NCBI GenBank assembly: GCA_964004705.1
Contig: CAXFOQ010000004.1
Span: 1-54,153, forward strand
Reading direction: 5' to 3'
From: an uncultured Flavobacteriales bacterium
Lineage (GTDB): Bacteria; Bacteroidota; Bacteroidia; Flavobacteriales; UBA7312
DNA length: 54,153 bases
Within the stretch, counting starts at the first letter, position 1, and each line of letters begins with the position of its first letter. The notes under the pieces were generated by a model. The model had not been told where the DNA came from. It was given only the letters and a program-made list of their open reading frames with translations, and did no database searches. Made by a program: the position numbers and the translations under genes. Of this stretch, positions 1 to 11,193 are shown one piece after another.

Positions 1-2
1 AA

Positions 3-2627
3 TCTGCTGGAAAATCAGGTTTTGCACATTTCTTTGAACATATGATGTTCCAAGGCTCAGAAAATGTTCCAGATGAAAAACATTTTAAAATTATTAATGA
101 TGCTGGTGGAACGATGAATGGAAATACTAGCTCAGACAGAACTGTTTATTTTCAAACTGTCCCATCAAACTATCTTGAAACCGCATTGTGGCTAGAGGCT
201 GACCGTATGGGTTTTCTGTTAGATGCTGTTACTAGTGAAAAGTTTGAAAACCAAAGGGAGGTTGTTAAAAATGAAAAGTATCAAATGCAAGTTAGTAGGC
301 AATATGGAATGAGTTACGAAATTCTTGGTCAAAGTCTTTATCCACCGTCACATCCATATAATTGGCCTGTAATTGGATATGTGGATGATTTATATAGAGC
401 ATCATTGGAAGATTTAAAAAATTTTTTTCTGAGGTGGTATGGACCAAATAATGCTATTTTAACAATAACGGGTGATGTTAATAGTGAAACTGTTATTCCT
501 TTAGTGGAAAAATATTTTGGTTCAATACCAAGAGGTTCTGAGGTAAGGAAACTTAGTCCAATGGTACCTAGACTTTCAAGCGATATATATACGGGCTATA
601 CTGACAACGTTTATTTACCTATGACTGATATCGTTTTTCCAACAGTTCCGAATTATCATAGAGACGAGGCCGCTTTGGATATACTAGCATCTTTGATGGG
701 AGATGGAAAAAATTCTATTTTTTATAAAAACTTTATTAAATCTGAAAAGGCTATTCAAGCTAGCGTAAGTCACCCATGCAGAGAGTTGTCAGGTGAGTTT
801 CACTTCACGGTTTTAACCTTTCCAGACTGGCAAGAAGACCAAGGAGTTTATTTTAATAATATTGAGGCTGATATAAGAAACTCAATCGCTGATTGGGAAG
901 AAAAGGGTTTTTCAGAAGAGGATTTAGAAATGGTTAAAACAAAAATAATTAGCCAAAATTATGATATGATAACTTCAATATCCTCAAAAGCTACTTTGAT
1001 TTCCAGATGGGAATGGTTGGCTAGAGGTCGTTACAATGTTTCTTCAGAAATAAAAAGATATCAAGATGTAACAAAAGAAGATGTTATAAGAGTATTTAAT
1101 AAATATATCAAAAACAGAAATGCTGTTATTAATCAAGTTAAGCCAAAAAGTCCTTTTGTTAAAGAATTAGATTCCATCATTAGTAAGAATCCTAATGCTG
1201 ATTTAATTCTTGATCAGGACCCACAATATTCAAATTTAGTTTATGATAAGGCTAGCTCAGAATATGATATTTGCTGTAGAAAAGATCAACCTGAGGCAGG
1301 CAAACCCAGAACACCAAAAATCCCATCTTTTTATAAAGAAACATTTGGCAATGGACTAAAGACAATCTTTTCTGAAACAAACGAAGTTCCAAAAGTTTAT
1401 ATGAGATTAAAAATTAAAGGAGGAAAATTATTGGAAGATAAAAAGAAGGTTGGTGTGGCCAGTATTACTGCACAAATGATGAACGAAAGTACTTCTTTAA
1501 AATCTTCAGAAGAAATCAGCGTTGAAATGCAAAAATTAGGTGCAACTATTCAATTTTCCTCTGAAGACAATGAAACATTAGTATATTTTGAATGTTTAAG
1601 TGATAAATTAGATGAAAGTTTAAAAATCTTCGAAGAAAAATTACTTAATCCTGGCTTCAACAATGATGACTTCAAGAGATTAAAGAATACTAATTTAGAA
1701 GGTTTAGAGTCAATGAAAAAAAACTCGCAATTCCTTGCTAGATCAAGCTTTTCAAATGTACTTTATGGTGACACTCCATTTGGCAGAGAAATGAATAAAA
1801 AAACTATAAAAAAAATCAAGCTTAAAGATGTTCAAGAGTTTTATGATTTTTATTCGCCAAATTTAAGCGAGTTAATAATAGTTGGAAATGTTAAAAAAGA
1901 TGTTATTTACTCAAAACTCAATTTCTTAAAAAGTTGGTCGAACAAAGATGTTAGCTTGCCATCCAAATTTGAATTTCCTACAGTAGCTAAAAATCGTATT
2001 TATTTAAAGGACATTGAGGGTTCAACACAATCTTTGATATTAATGGGACATAGAAGTAATTCTTTTGATGTTAATGATAAGTTTTTTAAATCCCAAGTGA
2101 TGAATAAGTCACTTGGTGGAGGAGCCAGTGGAAGATTGTTTCTAAAATTAAGAGAAGATAAGGGCTACACATATGGAGCCTATTCATTTTTTAGTGGAGA
2201 TGAAAATACTGGAGTTTTTGCAATACAAACAAGTGTAAAAACACAAGCAACCGATAGTGCAATTGCAGATATTTTTACAATTCTTAACGATTATACAACA
2301 ACTGGACTTTCTAATGATGAGCTAATTTCAACGAAAAATTCTTTTTTAAATTCTGCTTCAATGAAATATGAAACGCCGAATCAAAAAATAGGTTTTTTAA
2401 ATCGAATTTTATCTAACGATTTGGATGCTTCATACATAGATGAGCAATCAAATATTTTAAGTTCTATGACTTTAGGTGAAATTAATGATATAGCGTCAAA
2501 TGAAATAAGAAAAGATGAACTTGCAATCGTTGTTGTTGGAAATAAATATCTTATTAAAGAAAAGTTGGAAAATTTATCTTCTAATGAAGGTAAAAGATTT
2601 AATTTTGAAGTTATTGACATAAAATAA
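3..2627 (+). CDS. M16 family (insulinase/pitrilysin-like) zinc protease, 5'-truncated by the window edge
   Basis: The frame is open upstream of the track's ATG at 42 and reads SAGKSGFAHFFEHMMFQGS, giving the inverted zinc motif HxxEH at nt 27-41. Also contains NGNTSSDRTVY and C-terminal LREDKGYTYG. Confidence 0.93.
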   Translation, partial: SAGKSGFAHFFEHMMFQGSENVPDEKHFKIINDAGGTMNGNTSSDRTVYFQTVPSNYLETALWLEADRMGFLLDAVTSEKFENQREVVKNEKYQMQVSRQYGMSYEILGQSLYPPSHPYNWPVIGYVDDLYRASLEDLKNFFLRWYGPNNAILTITGDVNSETVIPLVEKYFGSIPRGSEVRKLSPMVPRLSSDIYTGYTDNVYLPMTDIVFPTVPNYHRDEAALDILASLMGDGKNSIFYKNFIKSEKAIQASVSHPCRELSGEFHFTVLTFPDWQEDQGVYFNNIEADIRNSIADWEEKGFSEEDLEMVKTKIISQNYDMITSISSKATLISRWEWLARGRYNVSSEIKRYQDVTKEDVIRVFNKYIKNRNAVINQVKPKSPFVKELDSIISKNPNADLILDQDPQYSNLVYDKASSEYDICCRKDQPEAGKPRTPKIPSFYKETFGNGLKTIFSETNEVPKVYMRLKIKGGKLLEDKKKVGVASITAQMMNESTSLKSSEEISVEMQKLGATIQFSSEDNETLVYFECLSDKLDESLKIFEEKLLNPGFNNDDFKRLKNTNLEGLESMKKNSQFLARSSFSNVLYGDTPFGREMNKKTIKKIKLKDVQEFYDFYSPNLSELIIVGNVKKDVIYSKLNFLKSWSNKDVSLPSKFEFPTVAKNRIYLKDIEGSTQSLILMGHRSNSFDVNDKFFKSQVMNKSLGGGASGRLFLKLREDKGYTYGAYSFFSGDENTGVFAIQTSVKTQATDSAIADIFTILNDYTTTGLSNDELISTKNSFLNSASMKYETPNQKIGFLNRILSNDLDASYIDEQSNILSSMTLGEINDIASNEIRKDELAIVVVGNKYLIKEKLENLSSNEGKRFNFEVIDIK

Positions 2628-2635
2628 TTTTAGTT

Positions 2636-3838
2636 ATGAGAAAATTCGTTCTATTGTTTGGTTTTGCTTGCTTTGTTTTTGTAGTAAATGCTCAAAAACA
2701 TAATATTGTAAATTCATCAATAGCATTAAAAAATGCTAACAAAACAGATGGAGAAGAAATGGTTTCTAATCTTATAGACGCTAAAAATTATATTGATGAA
2801 GCATTTTTAAATACATCAACTAGTGATGAACCAAAAATGTGGAATTACAGAGCCAAAGTTTATTTAAAGATTGCACTGTTAAAAGATCAAAAAATTGATA
2901 ATGATGCGATTTTTAAAGCCAAGCAATCACACATTCGATGTCTTGATAGAGACAAAAAAGGTAGAGTTGTTGTTCGAAAGTGGACCAAAGAGGAAGATGT
3001 TGTAGCAGGTTTAATTCAATGTGGCTATAAACTATTTAATATGGCAATTGATGAATACAACAACGAGAATAATTCTAAGGCTTTAAAATTATATGATGAA
3101 ATTTTTGAAATCTTTGATTATGATTCTGAAGATCAATTAAAAAGAGGAAATATAACAAAAGAGACTGTTCTTCATAATTCTTTTTTTGCTGCTAGAAGAA
3201 TGGAAGATAACGAAAGATCTAAGGTTTTACTTCAAAATTTAATTGATTTAAATTTTAATGATCCTTCTATTTATGTTCATATGAGTGACATTTTACAAGA
3301 GGAAGGAAATGATGATGATGCATTAAAATATCTTTCGCTTGGTAGAGATTATTTTGAAAATGATCCTGTTTTAATTAATTCCCAAATTAATTTATACATA
3401 AAATTAAATCGTACTGATGAGTTAATTGATAAGCTTAGCGATGCAATTGAACTTGATGATATGAATGATTTACTTTTCTTTAACAGAGCTACTGTTTATG
3501 ATCAAAAAGGTATGCTTGATGAAGCGATAATTGATTACAAAAAATCTATTGAATTAAATCCTGATAATTTCAATTCTAATTATAACCTTGGGGCATTATT
3601 TTTTAATAGGGGAGTAGAGCTTAGAAATGAAGCTAATAATTCATCAAGCGACAAATTATATAATAAACTAAAAAAAGAATCTGAAGTTTTTTTTGATGAT
3701 GCCTTGCCATTTCTTGAAACATCTCTTTCATTAGATCCAAATGACAAGAACACACTATTATCTTTAAAACAACTTTATTATCTTAAAGGAGATTATAAGA
3801 AGTCCAAGGAAATGGACGGTCTTATCAAATCTCAATAA
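2636..3838 (+). CDS. Exported tetratricopeptide repeat protein
   Basis: Signal peptide (MRKFVLLFGFACFVFVVNAQ) and TPR-like units such as LFFNRATVYDQKGMLDEAIIDYKKSIELNPDNFNSNYNLG. Confidence 0.85.
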   Translation: MRKFVLLFGFACFVFVVNAQKHNIVNSSIALKNANKTDGEEMVSNLIDAKNYIDEAFLNTSTSDEPKMWNYRAKVYLKIALLKDQKIDNDAIFKAKQSHIRCLDRDKKGRVVVRKWTKEEDVVAGLIQCGYKLFNMAIDEYNNENNSKALKLYDEIFEIFDYDSEDQLKRGNITKETVLHNSFFAARRMEDNERSKVLLQNLIDLNFNDPSIYVHMSDILQEEGNDDDALKYLSLGRDYFENDPVLINSQINLYIKLNRTDELIDKLSDAIELDDMNDLLFFNRATVYDQKGMLDEAIIDYKKSIELNPDNFNSNYNLGALFFNRGVELRNEANNSSSDKLYNKLKKESEVFFDDALPFLETSLSLDPNDKNTLLSLKQLYYLKGDYKKSKEMDGLIKSQ

Positions 3839-3855
3839 TTTTAAAACATATTTTT

Positions 3856-6378
3856 ATGAAGCAAATAATTTTATCTATTGCTATATTAACCTCTATTAAC
3901 TCACATGCCCAGTTCAAAAGTGAATTTTACAACAAAAAGAAAAAGGCCAAAATTGAATCCAAAAAGCCTACTGAAAAGAAAGATCAAATCATTGAAAAAA
4001 CAAAGAACTGCATTGAATTTGATGGACTATTCAAAATTTATCAAAGTAAAAAAGACGGAAAAGCATTTTTAGAAATTGATAGTAACCATTTAAACAAAGA
4101 ATTTATTTATTTCAGTTATTTTGAAAATGGAGTAGGGGATGCAGGTGTTGTAAAAGGAAGATATCGTGGCTCAAAAATTATAAAAATCTCAAAGTTTTAT
4201 GAAAAAATAGACATAGTTATCGAGAATACGAAGTATTATTTTGACAAAAATAGTGCTCTCAGTAAGGCTTCAAACACTAATATTAATACACCAATTATTA
4301 TTTCTGAGAAAATTATTGCAACAGGTAATTGTAAATCGAAGTTTTTAATTAGTGCTGATAATTTGTTTTTAAATGAATCATTTCAACAAGTGAAATACTC
4401 ATATCCAAAAACTTACAGAGGGTATCGATTAGGTTCGATTAGCAAAACTAAAACGAGGTATGATAAAATAAAAAGCTACCCTGAAAACACTGATGTAGTA
4501 GTTAATTATGTTTTTGAAAATAAATATCCTTCTTCAAGAGGTGGGAGTGCAATGACAGACTCTAGAAGTGTTTCAATAAAAGTTCAACATAGTCTCGTTG
4601 AGTTGCCAGATTCAAACTATGTTCCTAGAAAAGATGATACAAGAGTTGGTTTTTTCAATACTCAGACAAACCACATGACAAGTATAGATCAAGTAAATTA
4701 TAGAGACTTTATCAATAGATGGAGATTAGAAAAAATAAATCCTGAGGCAGAATTATCAGATCCTATTAAACCTATTGTTTGGTGGATCGAGAACACAACA
4801 CCAGTAGAGTACAGACAAATTATTAAGGATGGTGTTGAATCATGGAATATTGCGTTTGAGGATGCTGGATTTACTAATGCAGTTCAAGTAAAGATACAAC
4901 CTGATACTGCAGATTGGGATGCTGGTGACATTAGATATAATGTTTTGAGATGGACTTCATCTCCTAGTCCACCTTGGGGAGGTTATGGACCATCTTTTGT
5001 AAATCCTAGAACAGGAGAAATATTAGGTGCAGATATAATGCTCGAATGGACATATATAACTAATCGAATAAGATCTGATGAATTATTTAATAATCCTATG
5101 AACTTAACTTCAACAGATCAATGTTGTAATGCAGCACATTATCAAAACATTGAAACATCTTTAGGAATGAACTACATCAAGTCTATGAGTTTGTCCGAGG
5201 AAATGGAGAAAGAACTTGTAAAACAGTCATTATACAGACTTGTTCTTCATGAGGTGGGTCATACTTTAGGACTAAGTCATAATTTTAAAGGAAGTTTGCT
5301 TTTAACAACAGAGGAGTTAAATAACAAGGAAATAGTAAATGAAAAGGGTGTTTGTTCATCTGTAATGGAATATCCTGCAATAAATATTGCTAAAAATCCA
5401 GATGATCAAGGTTTATATTTTGATATTAAACCTGGAGTTTATGACAGGTGGGCAATTCAATTTGGATATTCAGTTTTTCAAAACAATGAGGATGAGGAAA
5501 TTGAGAAGATTTTATCTAAATCTACTAATAGAGAACTAGCATTCGCTAACGATGCTTTTGATATGAGATCCGCTGGAAAGGGAACCGATCCAGATGCAAT
5601 GATATATGACCTTGCTAGAGACCCATTAAATCATTCTTTAGATAAAATAGAAATGGTAAATAGAATTGTTTCTGAAATAAAAGATAAATATACTAAGGAC
5701 AACGACACGTATGAAGAATTGTACAGATCATATCGTACATTACTTTTTTCATATTACCAAGCTCTAAATATAGTTACAAGACAGATTGGAGGTGTTAAAG
5801 TTGATTTATCACATACAAATCAAGAATCAACAAAAAAACCTTTTGAGAGTGTTGATATTAAAACACAAAAAAAAGCTATGCAAATTCTTTCTGATTATGC
5901 ATTCAGCAACAAGATTTTATTAGAACCAGAAATTTTTCCATATCTGCAAAAGCAAAGGAGAGGGTTTAGTATTTCAGCTGATCCTGAGATTCATCAAAGA
6001 ATTTTAACTTATCAGAAAAGACTACTTGATCACTTACTTAATAGAAATGTTTTATTAAGAATTACTAATTCAACTAAGTATGGAAACAATTACGAACTAT
6101 CATATTATATGATCGATCTTAGAAAGTCAATTTTTGAAAGTGATTTTAATACCAATATTTCAACTATTAGACAAAATTTACAAGTTGAATATGTAAATAG
6201 ATTAATTAGTATCGCCAGTTCAAAATCTCGTTATGATAATTTCTCAAAAGCATCTGCTTTCTATAACTTAAGTTGGTTAAAAAGAAATCTGAATACATCA
6301 ACAGGTAATTTATCAACTAAACAACATAAAGAATATATATTGTTTTTAATTGAATCTGAACTTTTTGCTAAAAAGTAG
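3856..6378 (+). CDS. Secreted zinc-dependent metalloprotease (metzincin, DUF5117/DUF4953 EcxA-like)
   Basis: Signal peptide, HEVGHTLGLSH zinc motif, Met-turn SVMEY, and the NPRTGEILGADI and DAGDIRYN motifs typical of this family. Confidence 0.88.
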   Translation: MKQIILSIAILTSINSHAQFKSEFYNKKKKAKIESKKPTEKKDQIIEKTKNCIEFDGLFKIYQSKKDGKAFLEIDSNHLNKEFIYFSYFENGVGDAGVVKGRYRGSKIIKISKFYEKIDIVIENTKYYFDKNSALSKASNTNINTPIIISEKIIATGNCKSKFLISADNLFLNESFQQVKYSYPKTYRGYRLGSISKTKTRYDKIKSYPENTDVVVNYVFENKYPSSRGGSAMTDSRSVSIKVQHSLVELPDSNYVPRKDDTRVGFFNTQTNHMTSIDQVNYRDFINRWRLEKINPEAELSDPIKPIVWWIENTTPVEYRQIIKDGVESWNIAFEDAGFTNAVQVKIQPDTADWDAGDIRYNVLRWTSSPSPPWGGYGPSFVNPRTGEILGADIMLEWTYITNRIRSDELFNNPMNLTSTDQCCNAAHYQNIETSLGMNYIKSMSLSEEMEKELVKQSLYRLVLHEVGHTLGLSHNFKGSLLLTTEELNNKEIVNEKGVCSSVMEYPAINIAKNPDDQGLYFDIKPGVYDRWAIQFGYSVFQNNEDEEIEKILSKSTNRELAFANDAFDMRSAGKGTDPDAMIYDLARDPLNHSLDKIEMVNRIVSEIKDKYTKDNDTYEELYRSYRTLLFSYYQALNIVTRQIGGVKVDLSHTNQESTKKPFESVDIKTQKKAMQILSDYAFSNKILLEPEIFPYLQKQRRGFSISADPEIHQRILTYQKRLLDHLLNRNVLLRITNSTKYGNNYELSYYMIDLRKSIFESDFNTNISTIRQNLQVEYVNRLISIASSKSRYDNFSKASAFYNLSWLKRNLNTSTGNLSTKQHKEYILFLIESELFAKK

Positions 6379-6443
6379 AGTATAGGACTAAAACACATAA
6401 TTCAACATAATATTAATTATAAGACAAATAAATAATATACCAG

Positions 6444-7934
6444 ATGAATACTTATTTAGATTACAAAGAACACTGCAAAAAAATATATGACATATATATG
6501 TCTGCAAGCGTTTTAAATTGGGATCAAGAAACACATATGCCAAAGAATGGTAATAAATTTAGAGCTCAACAATTATCAACACTTGCTAAAATAGCTTATG
6601 AGCTATCTACTGATATTAAATTTGGTAAACTGCTTGAAAAACTCAACAGTGATGATTCTTTAAATTTTGATCAAAAAAGAAACATTGAACTATCTTATAA
6701 TGATTTTAAGAAAAAGCTAAAATATTCAACAAAATTTGTTGAGAGACAATCACTGCTAATTTCTAGAGCTTTTCAAGACTGGAGAATTGCCAAGGAAAAT
6801 AATGATTTTAATATTTTTAAAAATTCTCTATCAGATTTAATAGAATTAAGAAAAGAAGAATGTGAGTTAATTGGTTATAAGAATCATCCTTATGATGTAT
6901 TACTTGACAAATATGAGCCAAAATTAACAACTTCAGAAGTTGATATAATCTTTAATGATGTTAAAGATAAATTAGTTCCATTTATTCATAAAATTTCAAA
7001 AAACAATTCAATAGATGATAAATTCTTTTATCAATTTTTTGATAAAAGTAAACAATGGGATTTTGGTATTGAGCTATTGAAACAAATGGGATATGATTTT
7101 GATTCCGGTCGTCAAGATATCTCTGCTCATCCATTTTCAACACATTTCTCACCTCAAGATTGTAGAGTTACTACTAGAATAGATGAAAACAATCTTTCTG
7201 ATATGATATGGAGTTGTATTCATGAAGGAGGTCATGCTCTCTATGAACAAGGACTATTGACAGAAAATTATGGTTTACCCCTTGGTGATTCTATTTCTTT
7301 AGGTATTCATGAGTCTCAATCTAGATTATGGGAAAATCATGTTGGAAGAAGTATACATTATTGGAAAAAAAATTATGGTCTTCTTAAATCTTACTTTCCT
7401 GAAAAATTAAAAAATGTAGATTATAAACAGTTTTATAATGCGTGTAATAATGTTAAATCTTCATTAATCAGAACCAACGCTGATGAATTAACATATCATT
7501 TACATGTAATGATCAGATACGAGATTGAAAAGTCACTTATAGAGGAGAGTTTAAATGTTGATGATTTGCCTACTACTTGGAATAGATTATATAAGGAATA
7601 TTTAAATATTGATGTTCCCTCAGATTCTCAAGGAGTTCTACAAGACATTCATTGGTCTCATGGAAGCTTTGGGTACTTCCCTACTTATACATTAGGAAGT
7701 TTTTATGCAGCTCAATTTTTTGATAAAGCATCAAAAGATATTACAGATATAGATTCAAAAATCGAAAATGGGGAGACAGAAATTCTACTTGATTGGCTAA
7801 GAAAAAACATCCATAATCATGGTAAGAGATATGATGCCAGTGAGTTATGTAAAAAAGTTACTGGTGAAACTTTAAACTTTAAATATTTTATGGATTACGC
7901 TAAAAATAAATACACTAAGATTTACAATCTGTAA
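6444..7934 (+). CDS. M32 family carboxypeptidase (Taq-like)
   Basis: HPF, HEGGHALYEQG, HESQSRLWEN, IRTNADE, GVLQDIHW and GYFPTYTLG motifs. Confidence 0.95.
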   Translation: MNTYLDYKEHCKKIYDIYMSASVLNWDQETHMPKNGNKFRAQQLSTLAKIAYELSTDIKFGKLLEKLNSDDSLNFDQKRNIELSYNDFKKKLKYSTKFVERQSLLISRAFQDWRIAKENNDFNIFKNSLSDLIELRKEECELIGYKNHPYDVLLDKYEPKLTTSEVDIIFNDVKDKLVPFIHKISKNNSIDDKFFYQFFDKSKQWDFGIELLKQMGYDFDSGRQDISAHPFSTHFSPQDCRVTTRIDENNLSDMIWSCIHEGGHALYEQGLLTENYGLPLGDSISLGIHESQSRLWENHVGRSIHYWKKNYGLLKSYFPEKLKNVDYKQFYNACNNVKSSLIRTNADELTYHLHVMIRYEIEKSLIEESLNVDDLPTTWNRLYKEYLNIDVPSDSQGVLQDIHWSHGSFGYFPTYTLGSFYAAQFFDKASKDITDIDSKIENGETEILLDWLRKNIHNHGKRYDASELCKKVTGETLNFKYFMDYAKNKYTKIYNL

Positions 7935-7942
7935 GTCTTAAT

Positions 7943-8662
7943 TTATTTTTTTGCGAAATATAAATCAATAACTCCTAAAGAATAGGTTTTATGAATACAC
8001 TTTATAAAATTATTATCCGAAAGAATTTTTAGGAACGTTTTACTATCTGCAAATTCTTTAACAGATTCAGAGAGATAATTATAAGCTGAGAAGTTTTTTG
8101 AAAATAGATATCCAATATTTGTAACAATTGTTTTGAAATATATTTTAAATAATACTTTAAGCGCCTTATTATTTTTAATTGAGGGTTCCATGATAACAAT
8201 GCAGCCATTTTTTTTTAATACTCTATATGCTTCAGACATAGCTTTATCTAAATTTTCAAAGTTTCTAACTCCAAATCCTATTGTAACAGCATCAAAGTAA
8301 TTGTCAGGAAATGGAATGTTTTCTGAATCAGCAACTATAAGATCAATTTTATTTGAAATATTATTTTTTTTGATCTTCTCATTACCTATTTCAATCATTT
8401 GTTTTGAAATATCAATTCCAATAATTTTTTTGGGATTTAAATTGATTGCAGCAATCGCAAAATCTGCAGTGCCAGTTGCAATATCTAGAATCTTCTTAGG
8501 ATTATTATCAATCAAATTAATAGCTCGCTTCCTCCATCTTTTGTGTAATCCAAACGTTAGAATCTGATTAAGATTGTCATATCTTTTAGAAATATCATCA
8601 AACATTGATTCAATTTGACTTCTTTTACTTGAGGAGTCTTTAAATGGCTTTATATTCTTCAA
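7943..8662 (-). CDS. menG: Demethylmenaquinone methyltransferase (UbiE/MenG)
   Basis: MFDDISKRYDNLN, LDIATGTAD and FDAVTIGFGVRN motifs. TTG start. Confidence 0.9.
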   Translation of the reverse strand: MKNIKPFKDSSSKRSQIESMFDDISKRYDNLNQILTFGLHKRWRKRAINLIDNNPKKILDIATGTADFAIAAINLNPKKIIGIDISKQMIEIGNEKIKKNNISNKIDLIVADSENIPFPDNYFDAVTIGFGVRNFENLDKAMSEAYRVLKKNGCIVIMEPSIKNNKALKVLFKIYFKTIVTNIGYLFSKNFSAYNYLSESVKEFADSKTFLKILSDNNFIKCIHKTYSLGVIDLYFAKK

Positions 8663-8714
8663 TGTCTAATGATTTTAGTAGAAGAAGTAATTTATGTGTT
8701 AATATAGATATTGT

Positions 8715-9704
8715 TTATTTTATCTCAACTAGTTCAACATCAAATATCAGAGTTGCATTTGGAGGAATAACGCCACCAGCTCCCCTCGCTCCGTATGCAA
8801 GATCTGGTGGAATAATAAATGTTGCTTTTGATCCAACATTTAACAATGAAATACCTTCGTCCCAGCCTTTGATTACCCTTCCCCTACCCAATTCAAACTC
8901 AATTGGTTGGTTTCTATCGTATGATGAGTCAAATTTTGTTCCATTACTCAATTTTCCAGTATAATGAACAGAAACTGTCTTACCTGCTTCTGCTTTAGCT
9001 CCTGTTCCTTTTTTGATAATCTTGTATGCCAGACCACTAGATGTTACTTTAGCTCCCTTTTTTAGTGCGTCAATGGCTTCTTTAGCTTTTTTAGCTTTTT
9101 CTGCAGCTTGTTTCTCTAATTTTTCTAACTCTTTATCAAATATAGCTTTGGAATCGAATTTTTTTGCATTCTCTCCTTTTCTGATTATGTCAATTTCTAT
9201 TATTTTATCATCTTGTGCTATTGCATCAACAACGTCTTGGCCTTCAGTTACCTTACCAAATACTGTATGTTTACCATCAAGCCATGGAGTTTCTTTGTGT
9301 GTGATGAAAAACTGACTTCCATTTGTTCCTGGTCCTGCATTTGCCATTGATAAGATACCCGGTCCTGAATGCTTTAAATCAGGATGGATCTCATCAGGAA
9401 ACTGATAGCCAGGACCTCCCATTCCATTTCCATCTGGGCAACCGCCTTGAATCATAAAATCAGCAATTACTCTGTGAAACTTTAATCCGTCATAATAAGG
9501 CTCTCCTACTTCCTTTTTATTGTTCTTAATTTTTCCTTCTGCTAATCCTACGAAATTAGCTACTGTTAATGGAGTTTTTTCAAATTCTAACTCTAACATT
9601 ATATCACCTTTGTTTGTTTTGATTTTTGCGTACATACCTTCTTTATTTAAGTTATTAGTGTTAATTGTTGCCATTAGTGCCACGGCTAGTATTGTTTTTA
9701 TCAT
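8715..9704 (-). CDS. Dual-family peptidyl-prolyl isomerase: cyclophilin domain fused to FKBP domain
   Basis: Cyclophilin motifs [31 protein letters not shown] and [10 protein letters not shown], then FKBP motifs [22 protein letters not shown] and [13 protein letters not shown]. Confidence 0.93.
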   Translation of the reverse strand: MIKTILAVALMATINTNNLNKEGMYAKIKTNKGDIMLELEFEKTPLTVANFVGLAEGKIKNNKKEVGEPYYDGLKFHRVIADFMIQGGCPDGNGMGGPGYQFPDEIHPDLKHSGPGILSMANAGPGTNGSQFFITHKETPWLDGKHTVFGKVTEGQDVVDAIAQDDKIIEIDIIRKGENAKKFDSKAIFDKELEKLEKQAAEKAKKAKEAIDALKKGAKVTSSGLAYKIIKKGTGAKAEAGKTVSVHYTGKLSNGTKFDSSYDRNQPIEFELGRGRVIKGWDEGISLLNVGSKATFIIPPDLAYGARGAGGVIPPNATLIFDVELVEIK

Positions 9705-9714
9705 TTTTTAAAAT

Positions 9715-10707
9715 TTAAGAAAATTCATTTTTAATTATATTTTCAACCTTTATTATTGTTTTATCTAGCGATAAATCTGATTTTGCTCCAGCTGCATTAA
9801 AATGTCCCCCTCCACCAAAATATCTTTTTGATATTTCTTGAACATTGATATTACCCAATGATCTAAATGATAGTTTAACTATGTTGTCTTTCTCTACAAT
9901 AAAGACAGCAAATATAACTTCTTTAATGGACAAGGCGTAATTTATTATGCCCTCAGTATCACCTTTTTTAAAATTAAATTTTTTAAGCTCATCTTCACTT
10001 AATGATATGATAGCTGAGCTATTGTTATATATTTTTAATTTATTAATTAAACAATGTCCAAGTAACTTTATTCTATCATGTGAGTAATTATTATAAATAA
10101 GATTATTAATTTCAGTTGCATTTACTCCTTTGGAAATCAGATCCCCTACAGAGATATGAGTATTTTTAGTAGTGCATGAAAATTTAAAAGATCCAGTGTC
10201 TGTTAATATACCAGTATACAAGCAATCAGCAATATTCTTTGTCAAATTAAACTTAGCTTGATTTAGAATCATGTAAAGTAGTTCACAAGTAGAGCTGTAA
10301 GTAGTATCACAAAATGATAAATCACAGATTGATAGATCCGGATCTTGATGATGATCAATTAAGATTTTTTTTGCATTACTATTTGTAACATAACTTTCAA
10401 GATTTTTAATTCTTGATAAATCATTGAAATCTAACATAATAATTACATCTACCTCACTAAAAATATTAGATATATCACTATTATTTTCCTCGTGATTAAT
10501 TACATTTTTAATGTTGGGAAGCCAACTAAGAAAGTTTGGAAAAGAATTAGGAATGATGACATTAACATCCTTTTTTAGGTTGACTAGTAAATTGTACATA
10601 GCCATCGATGATCCCATAGCATCACCATCAGGGCCTCTGTGAGTTGTGATAATAAAACTATAATTATCAGTAATAATTTTTTTAAATGAGTCAACGTTTT
10701 CTATCAT
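9715..10707 (-). CDS. nrnA: DHH/DHHA1 phosphoesterase (NrnA-like oligoribonuclease/pAp phosphatase), copy 1
   Basis: HRGPDGDAMGS, IDHH, TDTGSF and GGGHFNAAG motifs. Confidence 0.88.
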   Translation of the reverse strand: MIENVDSFKKIITDNYSFIITTHRGPDGDAMGSSMAMYNLLVNLKKDVNVIIPNSFPNFLSWLPNIKNVINHEENNSDISNIFSEVDVIIMLDFNDLSRIKNLESYVTNSNAKKILIDHHQDPDLSICDLSFCDTTYSSTCELLYMILNQAKFNLTKNIADCLYTGILTDTGSFKFSCTTKNTHISVGDLISKGVNATEINNLIYNNYSHDRIKLLGHCLINKLKIYNNSSAIISLSEDELKKFNFKKGDTEGIINYALSIKEVIFAVFIVEKDNIVKLSFRSLGNINVQEISKRYFGGGGHFNAAGAKSDLSLDKTIIKVENIIKNEFS

Positions 10708-10753
10708 CTAAGCAAAAATATAAATATAGGATGTATTTAATGTTATATTTTAA

Positions 10754-10761
10754 TAGTTTTG
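10754..10761 (+). promoter_or_regulatory. Bacteroidota -7 promoter box (TAGTTTTG) for ndk
   Basis: Matches TAnnTTTG and ends 16 nt before the ATG at 10777. Confidence 0.6.
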
Positions 10762-10776
10762 CTCAAAATTTTAAAA

Positions 10777-11193
10777 ATGTCAAGATTAACCTTTACTATG
10801 ATTAAGCCCGAAGCAGTCGAGGCTGGTAACTCAGGAAGCATACTATCTAAAATTGAAAAAGCTGGTTTTAGAATAGTAGCAATGAAGAAAACATTATTAT
10901 CCAAAGAAAAAGCTGGTCAGTTTTATGCTGTTCATAAAGAACGTCCATTTTACAATGATTTAGTTGAGTATATGTCAAGTGGTCCTATTATTGCTGCTAT
11001 TCTTGAAAAAGATAATGCTGTATTGGATTTTAGAAGCTTAATTGGTTCTACAGATCCCTCTGAGGCAGCAGAAGGTACGATAAGAGCTGAGTTCGCTGAG
11101 AGCAAAGCAAAAAATGCAGTTCATGGTTCAGATTCAGATGAAAATGCAATGATTGAGTGCAATTTTCATTTTGATGCAGATGAAAGGTATTAA
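10777..11193 (+). CDS. ndk: Nucleoside diphosphate kinase, copy 1
   Basis: TFTMIKP, HKERPFY and NAVHGSDS (catalytic His). Start moved to the ATG at 10777 by comparison with copy 2. Confidence 0.97.
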   Translation: MSRLTFTMIKPEAVEAGNSGSILSKIEKAGFRIVAMKKTLLSKEKAGQFYAVHKERPFYNDLVEYMSSGPIIAAILEKDNAVLDFRSLIGSTDPSEAAEGTIRAEFAESKAKNAVHGSDSDENAMIECNFHFDADERY

